Source of the DNA: Malacoraja senta
Taxonomy: Eukaryota
Direction of reading: 5' to 3'
DNA: 64,000 nucleotides
NCBI GenBank assembly: GCA_038087875.1
Contig: JAXLNO010000385.1
Location: 372,001-436,000, forward strand
The position numbers and the translations under genes were made by a program. Of the stretch, positions 44,625 to 59,100 are shown piece after piece (positions within the stretch are counted from its first letter, which is position 1; each line of letters opens with the position of its first letter). The notes beneath the pieces are model-generated. The model saw nothing but the letters and a program-made list of their open reading frames with translations. It was not told the origin of the DNA and did no database searches.

Positions 44625-47600
44625 GTCAGAAACCCGCTGAGTTTCTCCAGCATTTTTGTCGATTCGGCCTTGGATTTTCCAGCATCTATCTATCTGCAGT
44701 TAGTTCCTTGTTAAATTGTTAACAGTAATATTGCAAGCAACCCCTTGGTATGTAATATGCATTGCATTGCAATAATTTTGCAAAATCTTGCAAAACCTCT
44801 CAATAGAAATGTGACATGCAATAGATGCATTCCATTGGAATAATTTTGCCCACACACATGTTAAATGCAGCGAGCGAGCGAGCGAGCGAGGGAGGGCGTT
44901 GCATGAAAGTAATTATTGTAAACCCCTTGGGATGTTAAATGCATTGCATAGCAATAATTTTTCAAAATTTAGCAAATAATTTAGCAGATAAAATGTAGCA
45001 AATAAATGTTGCAAAATCTTGCCTGCCCCTGCCTGCCTGCCTGCCTGCCAGCTGCCTTTGTCCAATGGGAAGCGAGGGGAGGTGGGTGGGTCCGGTTGGT
45101 TTTGTATCGTTTTGAGGAGGGAAAGAGATTCAGTTTGTGAGCGGCGGCGGAAGCGAGCAGTCGCAGGCTGGAGAGTACGGGGACACGGAGACACACGGAC
45201 ACACACGGACACACACGGACACACACGGACACACACGGAGATCGGAGAGATGCAGAATCGGAGGTAGGTTGAAGGAATCTTGTATCGGCTGATAGATAGA
45301 GGTTAGTGGAAACTAGTGAAGAGTTTTAAGTGTGTTTTTGTGTTCGTGTGTATGTGGGTGCGTGCGCGTGTGAGAGAGAGAGAGAGATAGGGTGAAAGAT
45401 GCTCCGGGTGTGTGGAGAAGCGTGCAGATCCGTGTGGGTTGTGAACAAAATTAAAAAATATAAAAATATATAATATTTATCTAATATAATCATAAGATCG
45501 ATCTTCTCGATTCGATGAGATAAATAGCAGGATATTGTGTGTAAATGGTGCTGGGTTGTGTTCGCCAGACGGGGATCGAGGTGTGGAGCTAAAAAAAATG
45601 ATTTGTTTTCCTTTTATTTTCCGCAGATGAGAGAGATGTGTGCGCGGTCCCCCCCTTGGGTCTTGGTCTGGGTCTGTGTGAAGATGCTGCTGTTGCTGCG
45701 GGCACGGGCACGGGCACAGACTGGCTGAGCACATGCGATAAATGCGATAACTTCACAATACAGTGCTCTAAGTTTCCTGTTTCTTATATATATTTTTTGC
45801 AGATCTCAACAATGAAGAATGAAGGACCAGGCTGAGAGCTGCTTGTTTGCTTGCGCTTGCTGTCTCGGAGAAAAAAAACGATTTTTGCTTTTGCGCTTGG
45901 TCTTAAAGTGTAATTACCGGCCACTTACAATTTTATTAAAATGAAATAAAAGTCAATGATTCAAACGACTCTTATGATTATTATCACCATCATCACACAC
46001 TGAGGCCTGATGAGCCTCAGCGAGGAGCCACTTTAAAAAAATTGAGTAAAATTAATTTTTAATATTCTAGTCAACATCACACACAGAGGGGTGGGTGGTG
46101 GCTGGGGGGGCCAGTGCAGGCCTGCTGGGCCGAAGTTTCACCTCCAGGTCTGGCTAGTATGATGGGCCGAAAGGAGAAACAAAAACAGTTTTGGGGGGGG
46201 CAAATATTGGTAAATTCTCTGGGATATTAGGATCAGCACACACAAGGATGGGTGGCGGCTGGGGGGCTAGTACAGGCCTGCTGGGCGAAAGGGACATTTT
46301 AAAATGCGGCTAGTACAGGCCTGATGGGCCGAAGGGACATTTTTAAATGGGCTAGTAGAGGCCTGATGGGCCGAGGGGACGTTTTTAAATGGGGCTAGTA
46401 CATGCCTGATGGGCCGAAGGGACATTTTAAAATGGGCTGGTATATGCCTGATGGACCGAAGGGAATTTTACAATGGGCCTAGTACATGCCTGATGGGCCG
46501 AAGGGACATTTTAAATGGGGCAAGTACAGGCCTGATGGCCGAAGGGACACTAAAATAAATTTAAAACCAGCTCAAATTCAAACAGGCATGATGGAATCCT
46601 GTCTGTGAATCCAGTGGCCAGCGGCCAGAGTAGCCAGTGTCCAGCGGCCGGCGAAGCCATTGTACAGTGGCCGGAGAAGCCAGTGTCCAGCGGCTGGAGT
46701 AGCCACTGTAGCCAGTGTCCAGCGGCCGGAGTAGCCAGTGTCCAGCGACCGGAGAAGCCAGTGTCCAGCGGCTGGAGTAGCCACTGTAGCCACTGCCCAG
46801 CGGCCGGAGAAGCCAGTGTCCGGCGGCCGGAGAAGCCAGCGGCCAGAGTAGCCAGTGTCCAGCGGCCGGAGTAGCCAGTGTCCAGCGGCCGGAGACGCCA
46901 GTGTCCAGCGGCCGGAGACGCCAGTGTCTAGCGGCCAGAGAAGCCAGTGTCCAGCGGCCGGAGAAGCCAGTGTCCAGTGGCCGGAGAAGCCAGTACCCAG
47001 TGGCCGGAGTAGCCAGCGTCCAACGACCAGAGCAGCCAGTGTCCAGCGGCCGGAGTAGCCAGTGTCCGGCGGCCGGAGATGCCAGCGGCCAGAGTAGCCA
47101 GTGTCCAGCGGCCGGAGTAGCCAGTGTCCAGCGGCCGGAGACGCCAGTGTCCAGCGGCCAGAGAAGCCAGTGTCCAGTGGCCGGAGAAGCCAGTGTCCAG
47201 CGGCCGGAGAAGCCAGTGTCCAGCGGCTGGAGTAGCCACTGAAGCCAGTGCCCAGTCGCCTGAGAAGCCAGTGTCCAGCGGCCGGAGTAGCCAGTGTCCA
47301 GTATCTGGAGAAGCCAGTGGCCGGACCCAGTGTCCAGCGGCCGGAGGAGCAACAGGCTACTGGCTTCTTTGGCGACCGGACACTGGCTGCTTCTGCCACT
47401 GGACACTCACCGCTGGACACTGGCTTCTCCGGCCGTTGGACACTGGCTTCTCCGGCGTCTGGACACTGGCTACTTCGGCCTCTGGACACTGGCTACGGCC
47501 GCTGGACACTGGCTACACTGGCTACTCCAGCCGCTGGGCCGAAGGGACACTCAAATACATTTTAAAAACAGCTCAAATTCAAACAGGCATGATGGAATCC

Positions 47601-49358
47601 TGTCTGTGAATCCAATGGCCAGCGGCCAGAGTAGCCAGTGTCCAGCGGCCGGCGAAGCCATTTACAGTGGCCGGAGAAGCCAGTGTCCAGCAGCCGAGTA
47701 GCCAGTGTCCAGCGGCCGGAGAAGCCAGTGTCCAGCGACTGGAGTAGCCACTGTAGCCACTGTCCAGCGGCCGGAGAAGCCAGTGTCCGGCGGCCGGAGA
47801 TGCCAGCGGCCAGAGTAGCCAGTGTCCAGCGGCCGGAGTAGCCAGTGTCCAGCGGTCGGAGACGCCAGTGTCCAGCGGCCGGAGAAGCCAATGTCTAGCG
47901 GCCAGAGAAGCCAGTGTCCAGCGACCGGAGAAGCCAGTGTCCAGTGGCCGGAGAAGCCAGTGTCCAGTGGCCGGAGTAGCCAGTGTCCAACGACCAGAGC
48001 AGTCAGTGTCCAGCGGCCGGAGTAGCCAGTTTCCAGCAGCCGGAGAAGCCAGTGTCCAGCGGCCGGAGAAGCCAGTGTCCAGCGGCCAGAGAAGCCAGTG
48101 TCCAGTCGCCTGAGAAGCCAGTGTCCAGCGGCCGGAGTAGCCAGTGTCCAGTATCTGGAGAAGCCAGTGGCCGGAGCCAGTGTCCAGCGGCCGGAGGAGC
48201 CACTGGCTACTGGCTTCTTTGGCCACCGGACACGGGCTACTTCTGCCACTGGACACTCGCCGCTGGACACTGGCTTCTCCGGCCGCAGGACACTGGCTTC
48301 TCCGGCGTCTGGACACTGGCTACTTCGGCCTCTGGACACTGGCTACGGACGCTGGACACTGGCTACACTGGCTACTCCAGCCGCTGGGCCGAAGGGACTA
48401 AAATAAATTAAAAAAACAGCTCAAATTCAAACAGGCATGATGGAATCCTGTCTGTGAATCCAATTGCCAGCGGCCAGAGTAGCCAGTGTCCAGCGGCCGG
48501 CGAAGCCATTGTACAGTGGCCGGAGAAGCCAGTGTCTAGCGGCCAGAGAAGCCAGTGTCCAGCGGCCGGAGAAGCCAGTGTCCGGCGGCCGGATATGCCA
48601 GCGGCCAGAGTAGCCAGTGTCCATCGGCCGGAGTAGCCAGTGTCCAGCGGCCGGAGAAGCCCGTGTCCAGCGGCTGGAGTAGCCACTGTAGCCACTGTCC
48701 AGCGGCCGGAGAAGCCAGTGTCCAGTGGCCTTAGAAGCCAGTGTCCAGTGGCCGGAGTAGCCAGTGTCCAACGACCAGAGCAGCCAGTGTCCAGCGGCCT
48801 GAGTAGCCAATGTCCAGCGGCCGGAGAAGCCAGTGTCCAGCGGCCGGAGAAACCAGTGTCCAGCGGCCAGAGAAGCCAGTGTCCAGTCGCCTGAGAAGCC
48901 CAGTGTCCAGCGGCCGGAGTAGCCAGTGTCCAGTATCTGGAGAAGCCAGTGGCCGGAGCCAGTGTCCAGCGGCCGGAGGAGCCACTGGCTACTGGCTTCT
49001 TTGGCCACCGGACACTGGATACTACTGCCACTGGACACTCGCCGCTGGACACTCGCCACTGGACACTGGCTTATCCGGCGTCTGGACACTGGCTACTTCG
49101 GCCTCTGGACACTGGCTACGGCCGCTGGACACTGGCTACACTGGCTACTCCAGCCGCTGGACACTGGCTTCTCCGGCCGCTGGACACTGGCTTCTCCGGC
49201 CGCTGGACACTGGCTACTCCGGCCGCTGGACACTGGCTTCTCCGGCCGCTGGACAGTGGCTTCTCTGGCCGCGGGACACTGGCTTCTCCGGCCGCTGGAC
49301 ACTGGGTTCTTCGGCCACCGGACTGGCTACACTGGCTACCCCAGCAGCTGGACACTGG
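44625..49358 (+). repeat. Segment B copy in the middle contig
   Basis: Reverse complement of 56663-64000, except for the 2.1-kb insertion at 61324-63437 and satellite copy number. Confidence 0.95.
46265..46550 (+). repeat. About seven 42-bp tandem units, tagtacaggcctgatgggccgaagggacatttt(t)aaatgggc (mirror at ~59982-60268)
   Basis: Unit spacing of 42 bp, for example 46311 to 46353. Confidence 0.9.
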
Positions 49359-50260
49359 CTACTCCGGCCGCTGGACACTGGCTTCTCCGGCCGCTGGACA
49401 CTGACTACTCCGGCCGCTGGACACGGGCTTCTACGGCCACTGGACACTTGCTTCTCTGGCTGCTGGACACTGGCTTCTCCGGCCGCTGGACACTGGCTAC
49501 TCCGTCTGCTGGACACTGGCTACTCCGGCCACTGGACACTGGCTTCTTCAGCCACCGGACACTGACTACACTGGCTACTCCAGCCGCTGGACACTGGCTA
49601 CTCCGGCCGCTGGACACTGGTATCTCCGGCCGCTGGACACTGGCTACTCTGGCAGCTGGACACTGGCTTCTCCGGGCACTGGACACTGGCTTCTCTGGCT
49701 GCTGGACACTGGCTTCTCCGTCCGCTGGACACTGGCTACTCCGTCCGCTGGACTCTGGCTACTCCGACTGCTGGACACTGGCTTCTCCGGCTGCTGGACT
49801 CTGGCTTCTCCGGCCGCTGGACACTGGCTACACTGGTTACTCCAGCCGCTGGACACTGGATTCTCCGGCAGTGGACACTGGCTTCTCCAGCCACTGGACA
49901 CTGGCTACTTCGTCCGCTGGATACTGGCTTCTCCGGCCACTGGACACTGGCTACATCATGCGCTGGATACTGACATCTCCGGCCGCTGGAGACTGGCTAC
50001 TCCGGCCGCTGGACACTGGCTTCTCCAGCCACTGGACACTGGCTACTCCGGCCGCTGGACACTGGCCACACTGGCCGCTGGACACTGGCTTTTCCGACCG
50101 CTGGACACTGGCTTCTCCGGCCGCTGGACACTGGATACACTGGCTACTCCAGCCACTGGACACTGGCTTCTCCGGCCACTGGACACTGGCTACTCCAGCC
50201 GCTGGACACTGGCAACTCCGGCCGCTGGACACTGGCTTCTCCGGTCGCTGGACACTGGCT
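46611..50260. repeat. 23-bp satellite (CCAGTGTCCAGCGGCCGGAG[A/T]AG)n with higher-order structure and strand switches
   Basis: Read directly. AT-rich spacers lie at ~46541-46612, 47541-47613 and 48391-48462. Confidence 0.95.
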
Positions 50261-50347
50261 GGAGGGAGAGACAGAGAGGAGACAGGGGGAGAGTGACAGA
50301 GAGAAAGTGACAGAGAGATGGAGAGAGAGAGGCAGGCACCCTAATCC

Positions 50348-50950
<603 letters not shown>

Positions 50951-51726
50951 AGGGGGGGGGTCCACTCACTTCTCACTTCACTCAGATTCCACAGAATTTC
51001 TATAACTTTTATTTTAAAGTGTCTCCTCGGCCCATCAGTCATCTGGAGTAGACCAGGAGGTGTCCCTAAGGCTCATCAGGCCTTTAATGGCCCTCAAGCC
51101 TCAGTGTGTGATGATCATAATCATCATAAGAATCAAGTGTTTGATTTGATGAATTTATTTTTATTTCATTGGAAGACACACTTTAATACAACTTGACTCC
51201 ATTTTCAGAGCAAAATTCTTTGTTTTCCACAGCAGCAGCAGCAGCAGGCGCCTGCTCATATATCCTCCTTCATTGTTCCGATCTATAGAAAAATAAAGAG
51301 GAAAAAAGTCAAAATATCTCCCTCTTGTAGTTTCCCCCCCCTGTATGTACTCGCTCACCTCACCTCACCTCACCGCACTTTCCCACAGTGGGAAAAACGG
51401 CAAAAATGCTCTCTCTCTCTCTCTCCTCGCTCTGCCACTTGTAGTTTCACCCTCTGTAAGTATTAAACCTCACCACACACAGTATTTTTCCTCTCTTCAT
51501 TGCCTGCCTGCCTGCACACATTCCCCACCCTGTTTAGGACTGTGTGTGTGTGTGTGTGTGAGTGTGAGTGTGTTTTTACTCACCTCACCAGAATTCTCCC
51601 TTCATTGCCTGTCTGCCTGTGAGATCCAGGATCGAGTATCCAAGCTCCTTTATCCTCCTTCCTTCATTCTTGAGATCTGTAGACAAATAAAAAGTGGAAG
51701 ATTGGAATTGGAAGATTAAAATTAAA

Positions 51727-54700
51727 AGTGGAAGTAATAGGGGACTCTATGGTTAGGGGGTCGGATAGGCGATTCTGTGGACGCAGTCAGGAGACCCGGT
51801 GGGTAGTTTGCCTCCCTGGTGCCAGGGTCAGGGATGTGTCTGAACGCGTCCAAGATATCCTGAAATCGGAGGGAGAGGAGCCTGAGGTCGTGGTACATAT
51901 AGGTACCAATGACAAAGGCAGAAAAGAGAAGATGTCCTGAAAAGAGAATTTAGGGATTTGGGAGGAGAGTTAAGGAGAAGGACCGCAAAGGTAACAATCT
52001 CAGGATTACTACCTGTGCCACGCCACAGTAGGAATGGAATGAGGTGGAGGATAAATGCATGGCTGAGGAACTGGTGCAGCGGGCAGGGTTTCAAATTTCT
52101 GGATCTTTGGGACCTCTTTTGGGGAAAGTGTGACCTGTACAGAAAGGACGGGTGGCACTTGAACCCGAGAGGGATAAAATATCTTGGCGGGGAGATTTGC
52201 AAAGGCTATTGGGGAGACTTTAAACTAGAACGGTTGGGGTGAGGGACTCAAATAGAGAAAGCTAGTAGAATATGTGGGAGGCAGGAGGCAGAGAAGGGAA
52301 GCACTCGGACCCAAAATGTAGGGGAGAAAGAAGAAAAAGATAATAAACAGAGAATATGTGGTGGTGGGTTTCTTAAATGTGTATATTTTAAAGTTAGGAG
52401 CATTGTAAGAAAGGTGGATGAGCTTCAAGCCTGGATTGACACCTGGAAGTATGATGTTGTGGCGATCAGTGAAAGATGGTTGCAGGAGGGCTGTGATTGG
52501 ACACTAAATATTCCAGGATTTCGTTGCTTCAGGGGTGATAGAATTGGAGGGGCAAGAGGTGGGGGTGTTGCATTGCTTGTCAAGGAAGATATTACATCAG
52601 TGCTTTGGCAGGATAGATTAGAGGGCTCATCTAGGGAGGCTATTTGGGTGGAACTGAGAAATGGGAAAGGTGTAGCAACACTTATAGGGGTGTATTATAG
52701 ACCGCCAAATGGGGAGCGAGAATTGGAAGAGCAAATATGTAAGGAGATAGCAGATATTAGTAGTAAGCACAAGGTAGTGATTGTGGGAGATTACAATTTT
52801 CCACACATAGACTGGGAAACACATTCTGTAAAAGGGCTGGATGGTTTGGAGTTTGTAAAATGTGTGCAGGATAGTTTTTTGCAGCAATACATAGAGGTAC
52901 CTACTAGAGAAAGGGCAGTGCTGGACCTCCTTAGGAAATGAGACAGGGCAGTTGGCAGAGGTATGCGTTGGGGAGCACTTCGGGTCCAGTGATCACAATA
53001 CCATTAGTTTCAATATAATTATGGAGAGGGTGAGAACTGGACCTGGGGTTGAGATTTTTGATTGGAGAAAGGCTAACTTTGAGGGGATGCGAAAGGATTG
53101 AAAAGGAGTGAATTGGAAACATGTTGTTTTATGGGAAGGATGTAGAAGAGAAATGGAGGACATTTAAAGGTGACATTTTAAGAGTACAGAATCTTTATGT
53201 CACTGTTCGGTTGAAAGGAAATAGTAAAAATTGGAAAGAGCCATGGTTTTCAAGGGAAATTGGACACTTGGTTCGGAAAAAGAGAGAGATCTACAATAAT
53301 TATAGGCAGCATGGAGTAAATGAGGTGCTTGAGGAGTATAAAGAATGTAAAAAGAATATTAAGAAAGAAATTAGAAAAGCTAAAAGAAGATATGAGGTTG
53401 CTTTGGCAAGTAAGGTGAAAGTAAATCCAAAGGGTTTCTACAGCTATATTAATAACAAAAGGATAACAAGGAATAACATTGGTCCATTAGAGAGTGAGAG
53501 TGGACAGCTATCTGCAGAGCCAAAAGAGATGGGGGAGATATTGAACAATTTCTTTTCTTCGGTATTCATCAAGGAGAAGGATATTGAATTATGTGAGGTA
53601 AGGGAAACAAGCAGAGTAGCAATGGAAACTATGAGATTCAAAGAAGAGGAGGTGCAGACTCTTTTGCAAAAATATGAAAACGGATAAGTCTCCAGGTCCT
53701 CACAGGATATTCCCTAGGACATTGAGGGAAGTTAGTGTAGAAATAGCAGGGGCTATGACAGAAATATTTCAAATGTCATTAAAAACGGGAATAGTGACGG
53801 AGGATTGGCGTACTGCGCATGTTGTTCCGTTGTTTAAAAAGGGTTCTAAGAGTAAACCTAGCAATTATAGACTTGTTAGTTTGACGTCAGTGGTCGGCAA
53901 ATTAATGGAAAGGATACTTAGAGATAATATATATAAGCATCTGGATAAGCAGGGTCTGATTAGGAACAGTCAACATGGATTTGTGCCTGGAAGGTCATGT
54001 TTGACTAATCTTCTTGAATTTTTCCAAGAGGTTACTAGTGAAATTGATGAGGGTAAAGCAGTGGATGTTGTCTATATGGACTTCAGTAAGGCCTTTGACA
54101 AGGTTCCTCATGGAAGGTTGCTTAAGAAGATTCAATTGGTGGGTATTAATGGTGGAGTAGCAAGATGGATTCAACAGTGGCTGAATGGGAGATGCCAGAG
54201 AGTAATGGTGGATGGCTGTTTGTCAGGTTGGAGGCCGGTGACTAGTGGGGGGTGCCTCAGGGGTCTGTCTGTGTTGGGTCCACTGTTGTTTGTCATGTAC
54301 ATCAATGATCTGGATGATGGTGTGGAAAATTGGATTAGTAAGTATGCAGATGCTCCTAAGATAGGTGGTTGGTGTTGTGGATAATGAAGTAGATTTTCAA
54401 AGTCTACAGAGAGATTTAGGCCATTTGGAAGAGTGGGCTGAAAGATGGCAGATGGACTTTAATGCTGATAAATGTGAAGTGCTACATCTCGGCAGGACAA
54501 ATCAAAATAGGACGTACATGGTAAATGGTAGCGAATTGAGGAATGCAGTTGAACAGAGGGATCTAGGAATAACTGTGCATAGTTCCCTGAAGGTGGAATC
54601 TCATGTAGATAGGGTGGTAAAGAAAGCTTTTGGTGTGCTGGCCTTTATAAATCAGAGCATTGAATATAGAAGTTGGGATGTAATGTTTAAATTGTACAAG

Positions 54701-55293
54701 GCATTGGTGAGGCCAATTCTGGAGAATGCAGTACAATTTTGGTCGCCTAATTATAGGAAGGATGTCAACAAAATAGAGAGAGTACAGAGGAGATTTACTA
54801 GAATGTTGCCTGGGTTTCAGCAACTAAGTTACAGAGAAAGGTTGAACAAGTTAGGTCTTTATTCTTTGGAGCGCAGAAGGTTAAGGGGGGACTTGATAGA
54901 GGTCTTTAAAATGATGAGCGCGTTAGACAGAGTTGACGTGGATAACCTTTTCCCATTGAGTGTAGGGAAGATTCAAACAAGGGGACATGTCTTGAGAATT
55001 AAGGGACAGAAGTTTAGGGGTAACATTAGGGGGAACATTTTTACTCAGAGAGTGGTAGCTGTGTGGAATGAGCTTCCAGTGGAAGTGGTGGAGGCAGGTT
55101 CGATTTTATCCTTTAAAAATAGATTGGATGGGTATATGGATGGGAAAGGAATGGAGGGTTATGGTCTGAGTGCAGGTAGATGGGACTAGGGGGAGGGAAG
55201 AAAAAAGAAAGAAGGGAAAAAAAGAAAGAAAAAAAAGTGTTCAGCATGGACTTGAAGGGCCGATGGCCTGTTTCCGCCCTGTAATGGTTATAT
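51727..55293 (+). mobile_element. CR1 LINE with ORF1 SGNH-esterase domain and a complete but frameshifted ORF2
   Basis: GDSMVR..CLPGARV..HIGTND..DGWHLN, then endonuclease and RT fragments at 52414-55189. It is the same subfamily as 10971-14119 but a distinct, longer insertion. Confidence 0.95.
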
Positions 55294-55650
55294 GTGTGTG
55301 TGTGACTGTACTGTGTGTTTTTACTTACTCACTCACTCACTGACCGCAGTCTAATTCTGCCTTTATTGCCTGTGAGATCCAGGATTGGCTATCAAGTTCC
55401 TTTATCCTCCTTCATTCTTTCGATCTGTAGAGTTGAAAAAGAGGAACATTTTCAAAAATTGATTCTCTGCACTTTCCCCCTTCTCTCTCTCTCTCTCTCT
55501 CTCGCTCACACAGACTCACTCCCCTGTTTTGGGCAATATTCCTCCATATCTATCTATCTATCAATCAATCAATCTTTGATAAATATATATTAGAATATAG
55601 TAAAATATATAATTTTCTGATAGATACAGGGATATTTCAATCCCCAGCTA

Positions 55651-56023
<373 letters not shown>

Positions 56024-56166
56024 ACAACTTCATGCCTTATGGTTAAAGAAGCTGTAGATTTCTGGAGTTGTGGTGAGGCTTTCAGTTTCGATTTCCTGAT
56101 CTTGTGTAGATTTGTCCGGCTCTCGGCTCGGCTCGGGTCTGCGTTCGGCTCTCGGGTTCTCCTCTC

Positions 56167-59100
56167 GGACACTGGCTTCTCCGACCGCTGGACACTGGCT
56201 CCTCCGGCCGCTTGACACTGGCTTCTCCGGCCACTTGACACTGGCTTCTCCGGCCGCTTGACACTGGCTTCTCCGGCCGCTTGACACTGGCTTCTCCGGC
56301 CGCTTGACACTGGCTTCTCCGGCCGCTTGACACTGGCTTCTCCGGCCGCTTGACACTGGCTTCTCCGGCCGCTTGACACTGGCTTCTCCGGCCGCTGGAC
56401 ACTGGCTTCTCCGGCCCGCTTGACACTGGCTTCTTCCAGCCGCTTGACACTGGCTTCTCCGGNNNNNNNNNNNNNNNNNNNNNNNNNNNNNNNNNNNNNN
56501 NNNNNNNNNNNNNNNNNNNNNNNNNNNNNNNNNNNNNNNNNNNNNNNNNNNNNNNNNNNNNNNNNNNNNNNNNNNNNNNNNNNNNNNNNNNNNNNNNNNN
56601 NNNNNNNNNNNNNNNNNNNNNNNNNNNNNNNNNNNNNNNNNNNNNNNNNNNNNNNNNNNNNNCCAGTGTCCAGCTGCTGGGGTAGCCAGTGTAGCCAGTC
56701 CGGTGGCCGAAGAACCCAGTGTCCAGCGGCCGGAGAAGCCAGTGTCCCGCGGCCAGAGAAGCCAGTGTCCAGCGGCCGGAGAAGCCAGTGTCCAGCGGCC
56801 GGAGTAGCCAGTGTCCAGCGGCCGGAGAAGCCAGTGTCCAGCGGCCGGAGAAGTCAGTGTCCAGCGGCTGGAGTAGCCAGTGTAGCCAGTGTCCAGCGGC
56901 CGTAGCCAGTGTCCAGAGGCCGAAGTAGCCAGTGTCCAGACGCCGGATAAGCCAGTGTCCAGCGGCGAGTGTCCAGCGGCGAGTGTCCAGTGGCAGTAGT
57001 ATCCAGTGTCCGGTGGCCAAAGAAGCCGGTAGTCAGTGGCTCCTCCGGCCGCTGGACACTGGCTCCGGCCACTGGCTTCTCCAGATACTGGACACTGGCT
57101 ACTCCGGCCGCTGGACACTGGCTTCTCAGGCGACTGGACACTGGCTTCTCTGGCCGCTGGACACTGGTTTCTCCGGCCGCTGGACACTGGCTTCTCCGGC
57201 CGCTGGACATTGGCTACTCAGGCCGCTGGACACTGGCTGCTCTGGTCGTTGGACACTGGCTACTCCGGCCACTGGACACTGGCTTCTAAGGCCACTGGAC
57301 ACTGGCTTCTGCGGCCGATGGACACTGGCTACTCCGGCCGCTGGACACTGGCTACTCTGGCCGCTGGCATCTCCGGCCGCCGGACACTGGCTTCTCCGGC
57401 CGCTGGACAGTGGCTACAGTGGCTACTCCAGCCGCTGGACACGGGCTTCTCCGGCCGCTGGACACTGGCTACTCCGGCCGATGGACACTGGCTACTCTGG
57501 CCGCTGGCATATCCGGCCGCCGGACACTGGCTTCTCCGGCCACTGTACAATGGCTTCGCCGGCCGCTGGACACTGGCTACTCTGGCCGCTGGCAATTGGA
57601 TTCACAGACAGGATTCCATCATGCCTGTTTGAATTTGAGCTGTTTTTTTAAATTTATTTTAGTGTCCCTTCGGCCCAGCGGCTGGAGTAGCCAGTGTAGC
57701 CAGTGTCCAGCGTCCGTAGCCAGTGTCCAGAGGCCGAAGTAGCCAGTGTCCAGACGCCGGAGAAGCCAGTGTCCTGCGGCCGGAGAAGCCAGTGTCCAGC
57801 GGCGAGTGTCCAGTGGCAGAAGTAGCCCGTGTCCGGTGGCCAAAGAAGCCAGTAGCCAGTGGCTCCTCCGGCCGCTGGACACTGGCTCCGGCCACTGGCT
57901 TCTCCAGATACTGGACACTGGCTACTCCGGCCGCTGGACACTGGCTTCTCAGGCGACTGGACACTGGCTTCTCTGGCCGCTGGACACTGGCTTCTCCGGC
58001 CGCTGGACACTGGCTTCTCCGGCTGCTGGAAACTGGCTACTCCGGCCGCTGGACACTGGCTGCTCTGGTCGTTGGACACTGGCTACTCCGGCCACTGGAC
58101 ACTGGCTTCTCCGGCCACTGGACACTGGCTTCTCCGGCCGCTGGACACTGGCTTCTCTGGCCGCTAGACATTGGCTTCTCCGGCCGCTGGACACTGGCGT
58201 CTCCGACCGCTGGACACTGGCTACTCCGGCCGCTGGACACTGGCTACTCTGGCCGCTGGCATCTCCGGCCGCCGGACACTGGCTTCTCCGGCCGCTGGAC
58301 AGTGGCTACAGTGGCTACTCCAGTCGCTGGACACTGGCTTCTCCGGCCGCTGGACACTGGCTACTCCGGCTGCTGGACACTGGCTTCTCCGGCCACTGTA
58401 CAATGGCTTCGCCGGCCGCTGGACACTGGCTACTCTGGCCGCTGGCCATTGGATTCACAGACAGGATTCCATCATGTCTGTTTGAATTTGAGCTGTTTTT
58501 AAAATTTATTTGAGTGTCCCTTCGGCCCAGCGGCTGGAGTAGCCAGTGTAGCCAGTGTCCAGCGGCCGTAGCCAGTGTCCAGAGGCCGAAGTAGCCAGTG
58601 TCCAGACGCCGGAGAAGCCAGTGTCCAACGGCCGGAGAAGCCAGTGTCCAGCGGCGAGTGTCCAGTGGCAGAAGCAGCCAATGTCCGGTGGCCAAAGAAG
58701 CCAGTAGCCTGTGGCTCCTCCGGCCGCTGGACACTGGGTCCGGCCACTGGCTTCTCCAGATACTGGACACTGGCTACTCCGGCCGCTGGACACTGGCTTC
58801 TCAGGCGACTGGACACTGGCTTCTCTGGCCGCTGGACACTGGCTTCTCCGGCCGCTGGACACTGGCTTCTCCGGCCGCTGGACACTGGCTACTCCGGCCG
58901 CTGGACACTGGCTGCTCTGGTCGTTGGACACTGGATACTCCGGCCACTGGACACTGGCTTCTCCGGCCGCTGGACACGGGCTTCTCTGGCCTCTAGACAC
59001 TGGCTTCTCCGGCCGCTGGACACTGGTGTCTCCGGCCGCTGGACACGGGCCACTCCGGCCGCTGGACACTGGCTACTCTGGCCGCTGGCATCTCCGGCCG

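Noticed and set aside
46000..46550. CTGATGA in a hairpin at ~46007 and CTGATGGGCCGAAG in the 42-bp units as possible hammerhead ribozymes
   Set aside because: There is no downstream GAAA with stems I and III at 46007, and the 42-bp units break the conserved core (CTGATGG, GAAG).
46541..48462. Repeat/spacer arrangement superficially like a CRISPR array
   Set aside because: The spacers are copies of each other, the monomers are directly tandem, there are no cas genes, and the context is vertebrate.
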